Positions 12,701 through 20,603 of a stretch of 21,114 nt of DNA are shown here, piece after piece. Made by a program: the position numbers and the translations under genes. A model generated the notes under the pieces. The model was not told where the DNA came from and did no database searches. It worked only from the letters and a program-made list of their open reading frames with translations. Every line of letters begins with the position of its first letter. Position 1 is the first letter of the stretch. Source of the stretch: Ancylonema sp. (lineage: Eukaryota); NCBI GenBank assembly GCA_050230475.1, contig JBFLGF010000110.1:62001-83114 (forward strand). The letters run 5' to 3'.

Positions 12701-15259
12701 ACATACTAACGTACTGCGAAACATTCGATATTAGCGCAACTTCTACCTCCGTTATAGCAATCAGGGTGCAACAGAACCTGTATGATAAGCACCTGCTTCT
12801 TGAGATATCTGATGTCTGAGTCTTTCCCAATTGTTACTGCAGTGGGTCAATAATTTTCATTTCCAAACACAAATCCAAGGACTGTGGTAGGTGTTACACA
12901 CACCTCCAGCATCTCGTCCAGGCCATGCATTTCGGGAGGGCTGATCTCATTCCAATCTGCAACGAATGACCAACTCCGAATCCGCGGGAGCTCGTAAGTA
13001 GAGCCAGAAGTATAGCCAGAAGTAGAGGGCAGCATGAATGAGACTCCAGGAAACAAGGAGGGGCAATCTTAGTCGCTCTACTACAATCAGACCTCGGTGT
13101 AACGATCTTCGTTACAACGACAACGTTTGTGGATTTCCTTGATCACCCACCAATTCAGACAACATTTCCTAACATTCTCTTGTTGTCGTTATGTCGTTAT
13201 GTGTTTGATGAAATCGGACGAATTTAATCTGAGTTCTGTAATATGCAGGCATTATGCAGGCACTGGTCAAGACACTGCAGTCACAGGAATAGCAAACAGA
13301 CTTCACTGTATCCATGTCCATGTCTGACCCAACCTTACTCTCTAACATTATCCGTCACTAGCAAACAGAGTGGGCATTCCAAGAGACCCGAACAGTGATG
13401 TTTGGTACGCTAAACTTGTTCTTTTATTTGGCAATGGGCTCACTGGGCTCGTCCTACACGAGCCTTCCACAATGTGCCCGACCCAAAACTTTAAAAATGC
13501 CAGTGCAAGACACATAAATATTTCCTCCCACAGTTTCCGACTCTGCTTCTCATTGAACAAACTTACCCCTCCCCTTCAACATCTCTGTCTCAATGCGTGT
13601 TCCAGTTTGGGCCAGGGAAATGATGAGCATTGCCACAGTGAACTCCTGGGGTCCAAGGTACCCGTTACGACTGGAATCGCTCAGGGCCCATACCTGCCTC
13701 ACGACCAAAAACAGCGAAAAAAATGTTCACTGTTTATGAATCCAACAATGCCTCTCTGACTTTGTCAATAAGTGTAAAGAAGGGTGCCAAGTGTTGGGGA
13801 TGAATGGAGGACAGACTAATAGGTATTGACATGTAGACATGCTTTTCTCGGGGGCACGAACACTGCATACATCGAGGGCCTACAATATCACCTTTTTTTA
13901 CCCCTGTCATCTGCCTACAAAACCCTGAAGCTGCAGCCTTCTAAGTAAAAAAAAGGTCACGTCCTTGTCCTCGCAGAAAGAAAGAGGTCATGTACCGGAG
14001 AATTAGTTTCATTCTTTTACGTGGGAAGGGATTTTGAGACTCAGAATACAGAGCAGTTCTAGAGGTGCAAAACTTCATTCAGGGAGTCAACTATACCAGG
14101 GCAAACGAAATCTAATTGCTGCATGATTCATCATTCATCATGACTTGCTCTCCTAGCATGACTATCCTTGCTATCCTTACTTTTGTCGCACTGCAGGCCA
14201 GCAAGCTGCAAAGATAATGCAGCCGAATGCCATGCAAAAAGCAGAGGCTGACATTTACCTGGTTTGAATCCCCTGCATGATATCATTATTTGACCCTACT
14301 ATTTACGATGGCTTCGCCACTTGGTGTAGAACTAAGGTCCTAAAGGTTCATATGCACCTTGGTCAAATGGGGCGTATATGTTGAGACTTTTATCTCCTGT
14401 ACTGCTTCTGAATTGAAGACGGGACGTAAAAGACTCATCACGATGTACTTCAAGTTTGTTGTGTTTCTGGTGTTAGCTCCGATAGCATTCTCACCTGTCT
14501 CAAATCCGCTTGTGGCAATCCTGACAACTTGAAAAACGGAACTGCATCACTTCCCGTTAAACGTCCGTCCCCATCTGCATGGCAAACCAGGAAAATCAGA
14601 GAAATTTGGAATTCCGGCAAAATCCTCTTGAATTTTGCTTCACCATGCTAAATGAGTCGAATCTATTGAAACCTTTGGCGAAGAGGAATCAGATGATCAC
14701 ATAATTTTATGAGTGAGACAAACAGTTGTGTGCAGAGACCATGACATCTTTTAAGACACTCTCAGCTTCTCTGCTTCCAAGCTCATCCCTGAGGCGGTTT
14801 TGACACTATTTTCCTGGTGTTCACTTAGCCAATTTCTACCATTTCCAAGTGGTTCATGTCTGCTACCGAGTGACGTAAGTAACTCCGGTGATAATCCAAC
14901 AATAACGCAACTCGTATGCATTTAGAATGTGAGGGAGCTCTTATTTGAGATGCGAGCTCGGTACATCAGTTTCTCTGACTCAGTTTCTTCAGAAAACTTT
15001 CTTACAAACAGTCGTAAACTTCAGCTGATAAATTACTGTTCTCATGTTGTCTACCCAGATCTACATGCCTTGCTGACAATCGAAACCAGAAACAGATTGT
15101 ACACCGTTGCCAGTTGCCAGACTATACCAAAGAGGCTTGCAACAGACAACGTTGCATCTCTGGTTCCACCACCTCACCTTTATCCAGAAAATTGAACCAC
15201 GTTTTATACACATTCTTGTCCTGCTCTCCACTGTCGGGCCGAAGAGCCAAAATGTCCAT
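3320..15259 (-). CDS. EHD1: EH domain-containing protein, plant EHD1/EHD2 type (N-terminal EH domain, dynamin-like ATPase, helical domain); 16 coding exons, 548 aa
   Basis: Spliced by hand: complement(join(3320..3505,4192..4335,4698..4821,5808..5887,6476..6631,7891..8115,8928..8977,9658..9712,10089..10136,11134..11250,11976..12046,12553..12601,12904..12956,13567..13693,14495..14574,15178..15259)) = 1647 nt, all GT-AG, phases consistent. Motifs: EH (DGDGRLTGSDA, VWALSDSSRNGYLGPQEF), P-loop GQYSTGKT, GPEPTTDRF, DTPG, NKSD, C-terminal YDIPELLKQFRNPYG. Matches plant EHD1/2 from memory; which paralog is uncertain. Confidence 0.95.
3608..3700. repeat. Degenerate ATCAT(AC) short-period repeat, EHD intron 15
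   Basis: Repeated atcatac/atcat/accatac. Confidence 0.6.
4050..4165. repeat. Degenerate pentamer repeat (GATCG/GATCA/GATGG), EHD intron 15
   Basis: agatcagatcagattggatcggattggatg...agatcggatgagatcggatgagat. Confidence 0.65.
4192..4335 (-). CDS. EHD1: EHD exon 15 (INEFVKRARAAKINALIISHLRNQMPTMMGKARAQQNMIDTLQAEFNK)
   Basis: TTTCAG| and |GTACAC; helical domain. Confidence 0.95.
4698..4821 (-). CDS. EHD1: EHD exon 14 (SFNTNPIHEEVGAMARELFEMEQNDLLADLKDIPRKSCDRK)
   Basis: GTCAG| and |GTGGGG; phase-compatible. Confidence 0.93.
5808..5887 (-). CDS. EHD1: EHD exon 13 (LMRVYGALMWSLGKVLNTPECMRVYIG)
   Basis: TTCAG| and |GTGAGT; highly conserved EHD motif. Confidence 0.95.
6344..6411. repeat. 68-bp near-perfect palindrome (foldback), EHD intron 12
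   Basis: 34-bp arms with 3 mismatches, no spacer, centre CTATAG. Confidence 0.9.
6476..6631 (-). CDS. EHD1: EHD exon 12 (WFANKCDLILLLFDPHKLDISDE...VLNKSDQIGPQQ)
   Basis: TTCAG| and |GTAGGC; G4 motif NKSD. Confidence 0.95.
6709..6761 (-). repeat. T23-A12-(TTTA)n tract; possible 3' tail of a non-LTR retroelement
   Basis: Minus strand reads (AATA)n, T-run, then A23; no TSD or RT sequence found. Confidence 0.45.
7241..7853. mobile_element. Cluster of adjacent or nested pogo/Tigger-like MITE remnants
   Basis: TIR-like ends ...TTTTGACTG|TA (7339), CAGTCAAACCTCTC (7348), CAAACCTCGCTATAACGAC (about 7494), and a right end TTATATCGAGATTCGACTG|TA repeated. Confidence 0.6.
7631..7853. repeat. Minisatellite, 7 x 31 bp (GAATGCYCTTATATCGAGATTCGACTGTATA)
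   Basis: TCGAGATTCGACTG at 7651, 7682, 7713, 7744, 7775, 7806; seventh copy degenerate near 7838. Confidence 0.95.
7891..8115 (-). CDS. EHD1: EHD exon 11 (NGADERSVPGNTVAVQADMPF...DTPGVLSGEKQRTQRSYDFTGVTE)
   Basis: CCCAG| and |GTCGGT; G3 motif DTPG. Confidence 0.95.
8150..8515. repeat. AT-rich low-complexity region with a degenerate ~160-bp duplication
   Basis: gcttcca...ttcttgtatt(a/g)..gatgtaca..ttttgaag at about 8301-8348 and 8460-8513; atatgtatattatta repeated. Confidence 0.55.
8743..8900 (+). mobile_element. pogo-like MITE family A, copy 1
   Basis: TA|CAGTAAAACCTG...ACAGTATTAATTAAAACAGGCTTCACTG; interior TGTCAGATTTTGGGTGAAAACCCGAAATCGG shared with the other copies. Confidence 0.8.
8928..8977 (-). 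CDS. EHD1: EHD exon 10 (GSHVGPEPTTDRFVVVM)
   Basis: TGCAG| and |GTAATC; switch I/G2 motif. Confidence 0.95.
9115..9287 (-). mobile_element. pogo-like MITE family A, copy 2 (inverted relative to copies 1 and 3)
   Basis: CGGTGAAACCTGTCTTATTTAATACTGT...ATTAATTAAGACAGGTTTTACCG|TA; interior CCGATTTCGGTTTTGCACCCAGAATCTGACGTG is approximately the reverse complement of the copy 1/3 interior. Confidence 0.85.
9658..9712 (-). CDS. EHD1: EHD exon 9 (YSTGKTTFIRHLLRTPYP)
   Basis: TGCAG| and |GTCAGG; second half of the P-loop. Confidence 0.93.
10089..10136 (-). CDS. EHD1: EHD exon 8 (TDSDFDAKPMVMLLGQ)
   Basis: TTGCAG| and |GTACCG; first half of the P-loop. Confidence 0.93.
10407..10560 (+). mobile_element. 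Truncated pogo-like element, left end related to family A
   Basis: TA|CAGTAAAACTTGTCTAAAAGAATACTGTCTAAAAGAATAACCTCTCTAAATGAAT with repeated TCTAAA(A/T)GAATA; no right TIR seen. Confidence 0.55.
11134..11250 (-). CDS. EHD1: EHD exon 7 (VVDLTTVTSVIDGLKTLYRDKLRPLELTYKFSDFVSPPL)
   Basis: GCAG| and |GTAAGG; EHD N-terminal helical segment. Confidence 0.93.
11759..11838. repeat. (ATGAYACGAT)n 10-bp tandem repeat
   Basis: tatgatacgatatgacacgatatgacacgatatgatacga. Confidence 0.85.
11976..12046 (-). CDS. EHD1: EHD exon 6 (AAATVITPPTLVRESSWFKSKSEK)
   Basis: WF.SKS.K motif; donor |GTCAGT. Acceptor less certain: an in-frame alternative AG near 12079 would add WWWCWGLSGS. Confidence 0.75.
12248..12420 (+). 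mobile_element. pogo-like MITE family A, copy 3 (best preserved, TA on both sides)
   Basis: TA|CACTAAAACCTGTCTTAATTAATACTGT...ACAGTATTAGTTAGGACAGGTTACACTG|TA. Confidence 0.88.
12553..12601 (-). CDS. EHD1: EHD exon 5 (linker VAQRAGNTKAGYEAPV)
   Basis: AACAG| and |GTAGGA; phase-compatible, but the linker is poorly conserved. Confidence 0.65.
12904..12956 (-). CDS. EHD1: EHD exon 4 (DWNEISPPEMHGLDEMLE)
   Basis: TTGCAG| and |GTGTGT; PP.M.GL motif that follows the EH domain in plant EHDs. Confidence 0.88.
13084..13238. mobile_element. Old pogo-like MITE remnant
   Basis: TA|CAATCAGACCTCGGTGTAACGA...GTCGTTATGTCGTTAT...CTG|TA; resembles the 7494-7853 element, heavily decayed. Confidence 0.35.
13567..13693 (-). 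CDS. EHD1: EHD exon 3 (VWALSDSSRNGYLGPQEFTVAMLIISLAQTG...)
   Basis: GCAG| and |GTAAGT; second EF-hand with the conserved EH Trp. Confidence 0.92.
14495..14574 (-). CDS. EHD1: EHD exon 2 (DGDGRLTGSDAVPFFKLSGLPQADLRQ)
   Basis: TGCAG| acceptor, |GTGAGA donor; first EF-hand of the EH domain. Confidence 0.92.
15178..15259 (-). CDS. EHD1: EHD exon 1 (MDILALRPDSGEQDKNVYKTWFNFLDK)
   Basis: ATG at 15259 with an in-frame TGA 9 nt upstream; Y..WF motif at the start of the plant EH domain; donor G|GTGAGG. Confidence 0.85.
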
Positions 15260-16802
15260 CGCCACTCACAGAGAAGCCTGCACGACATAGGAGCAGTTTC
15301 ACTGGTAAGATCCAGAATTTTCCACAAACCAGATCCTCACCACTCAGACCTCAGATCTGAGACACACTGCAGGTGCCGAGATGAAACGTACATGAAGCAA
15401 TGGACGCGAGAGTTGAGGGTGACTGAATAATCGTTGTCCTGGAATGAAGAATCTACGTCCTTATCTATGCTATGATCCCCATCAACCTGTTTTTTCTTAA
15501 CGAGTCCCTGTTTTAATGTTCGAGAGTTTCCCCACCTGATCACGCTGCACCGCGTCACGCTGTTGTGCTAGAAGTTCTTTTATTCGTGGTCTTTGATTCA
15601 GGAAAGTAATCCGGTACTCAAAGAAACGTAGCCTGCAGTAATTTCCCACGAAAGCTGGTACATGTGAATGACTTAACGGGTAAAAAGAACAGTATCGAGT
15701 ACTCCACAGCAGGAATATCCTTTCTGATACAAATACATCTAAAATATTGTGGCCAGATTCTTAGCATAGGCCTGATCTTCCAACTGCTCCAAATGCAAAG
15801 TTGACTCTTAGATAGAGCGACGAGGCTACCGCAAACGTTTCTGACTTGAAAATTTAAAATCCGAGTGCTCCATTTATCTCTTTTGCAATCTTAAAAGAAT
15901 GCTGGCGATCAATAACTGATGCCCGATCTCGCGCAAAGCCGTCACGTTGAACAAGTTAAAAAAGCGACGCACCTTCGATTTTTTCATGAGTGTGATTGAG
16001 ATTGACTGCAGCGCTTTATTGCCTGATACCTGCTTGGTATTCTGTGTAGTGTATGCTTTACCCTGATCCATGAATGCCCCTACAGTGCTGTCGAAAGATG
16101 GTGATTCCAACGCGAAAGTCGAATAAGGCACATTTAAGTAAGAGCTAGAATGTAACCCGACGTGACACCAGCACGGGACTGTGTCAAACAATTAAATAAT
16201 CGATTTAAATTTGTCCCCCATTGCTCAAGCAAGCTTTGTGCATGAACAATTTGTCAAGGATCCTCCCGTGGGCGCTTCTCCGACAAATTGTCAACGAAGA
16301 CCTGGCGACAGAAGACATTTGGTATCTATTTTGCCATAGCTTTGGCTGGACAGTCGGTCAAATGCGCCAAGTCGAACATCGTCAATTTACGGTACACGTG
16401 GCAATTGACGTTGCGCCAGACGGATCCTGCATGTGTTCTGCCCGTGAGTTCATCTGCGCCGGAGTTGACTTCACGAAAATCCTCAGCTGAAACTTGCAAG
16501 CTTGCAAGAGACGAGAAGAGAAGTTCAGATATACGATAAGTGGGTTTCAAGTTACAGGTTCTATCCTATGCCATAATTTGTCAGCAACTCATTTATTTTT
16601 TGATTGCTGGTCGTGAAAGAATTAGTGCAAATGGACAATGGTCATGCGCAATACAAAGTAACAGATATGGACCATATCATATGGTATCCCCAATTCCCGT
16701 AGGACCACCGGTGGAGTGAAATTAGGAGAGGATATTTTATTAATCACTCAAACCAGTCCGCTGCAGAAAATAATTTTGTAACGTTTCCGGCTGAAACTCG
16801 AA
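15260..16802. promoter_or_regulatory. Divergent upstream region of the EHD and SelS-like genes, probably containing an EHD 5'UTR intron
   Basis: Head-to-head ATGs about 1.54 kb apart; good acceptor GTCGTGCAG| at 15278/15277, 18 nt before the EHD ATG; transcription starts cannot be determined. Confidence 0.45.
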
Positions 16803-17530
16803 ATGGAATTCAACAGAGGACCTCAATGGTTCTGGAGTGCCATTACTAGTATCTGGGGTTTCTTTGAACGGTACGGATGGTTTGTCGTCGCCGCAGTGAT
16901 TTTGATTCGTCTCCTCCATCCTGCTGCCAGAAATTTTGTCTTATCCTTCAAAACAACTCCACAGCCAGGTAAGCCATCTCTGTTACTGCCGTCTGTTTTG
17001 CGAAGTAGTAGCAAGGAATACGATATCACATTAGAAGTGGCGTCTTATCTGACCTCTCTGTATTCGGTTTCCTTTCGGCTGAATGAACTTCGGTTTTGGA
17101 ACCAAGAGATCTTATTGTAGGCTGAGGAGCTTGACTTGGGATTTTCGATTCCCTTGGACACTGATAAGATCTGCTGGTATCACGCGGATCAGGACTTCAT
17201 TCAGATCTCTATTTAACAATGTCAATGGATGAGGATCAAATGATTGCACAAGAATAAAAGGAAACGCTTCGGATTACTTTTGTTGCAGATTCTACCCGCC
17301 TTGCTCAGCTAGATGCACGTAGGAAGGAGATGGTCCGGAACCAGCAAGAGGCAGTGGACAGCAGCAAAGAGGCATACTTAAAGAAGAAGGCAGAACGGGA
17401 GAAAGAGCAGCGGCAGCAGAAGAGCATGGAACTTGACGCAAAGGCAGCAAGGCTTGGCGTGACTTTACGTGGAAAAGGACTCAAACTGGGAAGCGAAATT
17501 TCGGCAGAGGATGAAGACTTGTATTCCTGA
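16803..17530 (+). CDS. Selenoprotein S (SelS/VIMP)-like single-pass membrane protein without a Sec tail; 2 exons, 135 aa
   Basis: join(16803..16968,17289..17530); donor G|GTAAGC, acceptor TTGCAG|, phase 1. Protein MEFNRGPQWFWSAITSIWGFFERYGWFVVAAVILIRLLHPAARNFVLSFKTTPQPDSTRLAQLDARRKEMVRNQQEAVDSSKEAYLKKKAEREKEQRQQKSMELDAKAARLGVTLRGKGLKLGSEISAEDEDLYS. A YGW-led transmembrane helix followed by a charged coiled coil parallels SelS (TYGWYIVF...). Gene structure is strong; the family call is by eye. Confidence 0.72.
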
Positions 17531-18490
17531 CCAGGAGTACAGGAGAGCAGAACACAAGAAGATGTTGTGTCTGGCATGTGAAGGCAGGCATGGTTGACTC
17601 AAAAAATTCATAATTACACATTGCCATGTTGTGCGGGAGCGATTGGTTTCCGATGTGGCACTTTAGCGGTGCCTTGATGGAAAGAGGATATTATTCACAG
17701 CTGTACATTCCCTGCTGATATTGCACAGCTGTCCTTGAGTAAGCTTTTGTACTTCTGCTTTTGTCCGTTCACTTTTTTTTTGTGTCATGGCATTTAGGCA
17801 TTTCAACAACCATATTCCTTCTCCAATTACATTTTTGTTAGATTTTAAAGGATTACTTTAGGAATGTCGTTACAAAGGCCGGCATCTGCCTTTATAATGT
17901 AAAGCTATGCAGAAATGTGGACAAATACATGTTAGCCCTTGACGAACCACAACATGAAATTTGATGACTTGAGGTTGCAGCCTCAAGAATATGTCCCTAT
18001 TCTTGGTCATCTCATGCCATGCTTTTGGCATCAACAATATTGCAATAATTTGGAGCTATCTACATACAAAAGTAGTTTTGCGCAGCCGGCACTACTCTTA
18101 GGAGACGCCTTCATTTATTTTGACCCCTTCATTTACCCCTTTTTACCCCTTCTACTCAGAATAGGTTTAGCAAGATGCCAACACAAATGCTCCAACGAGA
18201 GAGCCCTTTCGCACCATACTTTTACAAGTTCGAAGGCAATCCTCTCTAGGGATAAGAAGGTGGAATATTTCCGCTATCGCTGCATCCCTAACAATCAACA
18301 TGAGCTAATGTATGTACACTTTTGCTTCCTCTACAACTGCGTTCACAGCCCAAAAATCATATACCCGGCACTCATTAAATATATCTTGAAAACATATATA
18401 TGACAAGGCGTAAAACGAGGCAAACTTGCAATCACATGTTCCGGGTGAGACACCTAATAATGGGTAACCCATTTCAAGCACCTAACCTCC

Positions 18491-20455
18491 TCAATTTAGT
18501 GACTTTGAAGGCGTAACACCTCCCGTAGTACTTGGGAGCCTCGGAGATTCTGTTCGCACTTTGTTTTTGGCTTCTTGAGATTGGGTGCTGATATGCTCTA
18601 ATGCACCGGCCAGCGTCTGCATATCATAGTCGATCACTTTGATGTAGTTTTCAAAATCGCCGACCTCCTTCAGGAAGGAAAAGCCAAAACAACCAAGTCC
18701 ACTTATGAGTCCACATTGATGAAAATACTTTTTACCACCAGTTGTTCATCACTACCACACCTCAACTCCTGCTTTTATTGTTTCCCCACTTCCCGCCCAT
18801 GCAACATCCAACAGTTTGAAGTACATCCCAAGAGTATTTGGGGATCTAGGTCCTCAACCTAGAGTCGAATGCCTTGCCAACACATGGTTGTCCTTCATAT
18901 CTGCATTTCGCATAGTGATGCACCATGACTAGAGTGCGGGTTAACCCTTAACCGTGATAACCTTTAACCCTTAATCTCGAGGTTGATATCCTGATTTAAC
19001 CCTGCTCCCGAGAACAGGGTTAAAACCCTAGGGTTATGGGTTAACCCTGATTTATCCCAATAACCATAGGGTTATCGGGGTTAACCAGGGTCAATCAGAT
19101 TAATCAGGGTTAATCAGGGTTAATTAGGGTTGAAAAGGGTTAATCGGGGTTATTTTAGGGCTTATTTTGCCGCCGCCGCCGCCGCCGGCGGGACGGGTAC
19201 TTCCGGGTGTAGAGAAACTTGTCTATAATTATATTGCGCCAATTATTAACCTGTCTTATTTTATAGAAAATCTTCCACCCGGTCATCCACCCGATTTCGG
19301 GTGAATTCTTGAAATCTGACGTGTTAATTGATAACCTGTCCGGTTTTTTTTTTTATCCGGTTCCATCATATTAATTTTGATAGGTGTTTCAGGGGTAATA
19401 ACCCTAGGTCAATTAGGGTTAATCAGGGTTAATCAGGGTTATTCAGGGTTATTCAGGGTTAAAAGGGTTAATCAGGTTTAAAAAGGGTTATTTCAGGGTT
19501 ACAACTTAACCTCGAAAACAATTTCAGGGTTACCCCCACTCTAAAAATGACAAAAGAGTGATGTCTGTGGTCACGCAGACATGTGCTTGTTTCCATATGC
19601 AGTTCTGTATTCACGCACATACATCATCTTCTGTGGAGAAAATGATAACAAGAAAATCATGGGATGAAAAAATACAATACCAGATTTTACTTGGAATCGA
19701 AAAAAAGGAAAGGAGAGTTTAGGTGTATTGTGCCTTTGTCTCAATGCATTATCTTTTTGTTTTCACCTTGAGAGCGGAATCGAATGAACGAAACAGAGCG
19801 GCCCACTGCTGTTGCTGAGAAGCATATCGAGCTGCAGTGGCCGAAAATAGGCGCACCTCCACCTCAATCTCTTTTTCCTGGCGGAAGATTTTGTGCACTT
19901 CGCCATTGGCAGTCTCTACCAATACATCCGCGGCCTCGCCAACATACGCGAGCGCATTTCGTTTCGCCTTCTCTGAATGGAGGAAAGGAAGTGGGAATGT
20001 TACTTTCGTAGTTGCAGCAGCCGCAGGAAGCGATTGTTTAGGTGGAGAACAAGCTTGAGAGGGGCGACTGTAGCACCCTAACATCATCATGGTTCGCGAA
20101 AGAGAATTGTAAAGAGCAGGATAAGTGGTCGTCGCTACTCTCATTCGGGTCCGTATGCATGTGGTTCAGAATATATACGGACAAACAAGAATACAGCATC
20201 ACTGTTTCTGCGTCCAAAAACTGCAGAAGAGCTGCAGAGGAGAGATGCCGATATCTTCGACGAATGTTCTAAGGAGCAAAACGATGACGCGAGAAGCCAT
20301 GCATTACTGTTCGATAATCATTATCTCGGCCCTGTCTTTGCATCTAGCATGCTGGTCAGCTCGATAGCATGTGCGTACAAAAATCTCTCCGTACCCGCAT
20401 TTTCGCGTCTTACGTTGCGCCTGTGAGCATGCGCCAGCTGAAGTTCCGTAAACAT
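18491..20455 (-). CDS. BLOS1: BLOC-1 subunit 1 (BLOS1/BLOC1S1/GCN5L1); 3 exons, 147 aa
   Basis: complement(join(18491..18667,19767..19972,20395..20455)), GT-AG, 444 nt. MFTELQLAHAHRRNVRRENA-EKAKRNALAYVGEAADVLVETANGEVHKIFRQEKEIEVEVR...QWAALFRSFDSALK-EVGDFENYIKVIDYDMQTL... carries the family signature ALKE(I/V)GD.EN....E/D.DM. Confidence 0.93.
18930..19543. mobile_element. Non-autonomous hAT-type DNA transposon in BLOS1 intron 2, with telomere-like subterminal repeats
   Basis: TIRs TAGAGTGCGGGTTAACCCT and (rc) TAGAGTGGGGGTAACCCT; flanking 8-mers ACCATGAC and AAAATGAC (6/8 match, likely a decayed 8-bp TSD); arrays of AATCAGGGTT and TAACCC. Confidence 0.8.
19210..19397 (-). mobile_element. pogo-like MITE family A, copy 4 (diverged, nested in the hAT-type element)
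   Basis: TAACCTGTCTTATTT...CCCGATTTCGGGTG...AATCTGACGTGTTAATTGATAACCTGTC aligns with copy 2. Confidence 0.75.
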
Positions 20456-20603
20456 CTTAAACTGTCCTCCTTTCGCCCCCTTATCCTTCTGCGATGCCGC
20501 AAGTAACCCAGACCCAAAACCTAGGTGGATCCAATTCGCGCACCGGGCTGCATTCAGAAGATAACCACTCGAAGGGTCGAGAGAAACACTTCAGGAGTCA
20601 CAG

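Noticed and set aside
15391..15632. Coding-looking minus-strand segments (LRFFEYRITFLNQRPRIKELLAQQRD; VDGDHSIDKD...) as an EHD N-terminal extension
   Set aside because: An in-frame TGA precedes the EHD ATG, the joining intron would be about 50 nt and purine-rich, and EHD is already full length.
17964..17990. ATGA-CTTGAGG...CCTCAAG hairpin as a SECIS for the SelS-like gene
   Set aside because: The stem above the core is only about 7-8 bp rather than 11-12, and there is no apical AA.
17939..18403. 154-aa plus-strand ORF between the SelS-like gene and BLOS1
   Set aside because: TTG start, UTR-like composition, no domain; probably 3'UTR or intergenic.
19020..19530. Telomere or interstitial telomeric array
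   Set aside because: The period is mostly 10 bp, orientation is mixed, and the array is bounded by TIRs and a TSD inside an intron.
19749..20144. 131-aa ORF as the complete BLOS1
   Set aside because: Only 19767-19972 is exon; the true start is at 20455 and the C-terminus is in 18491-18667.
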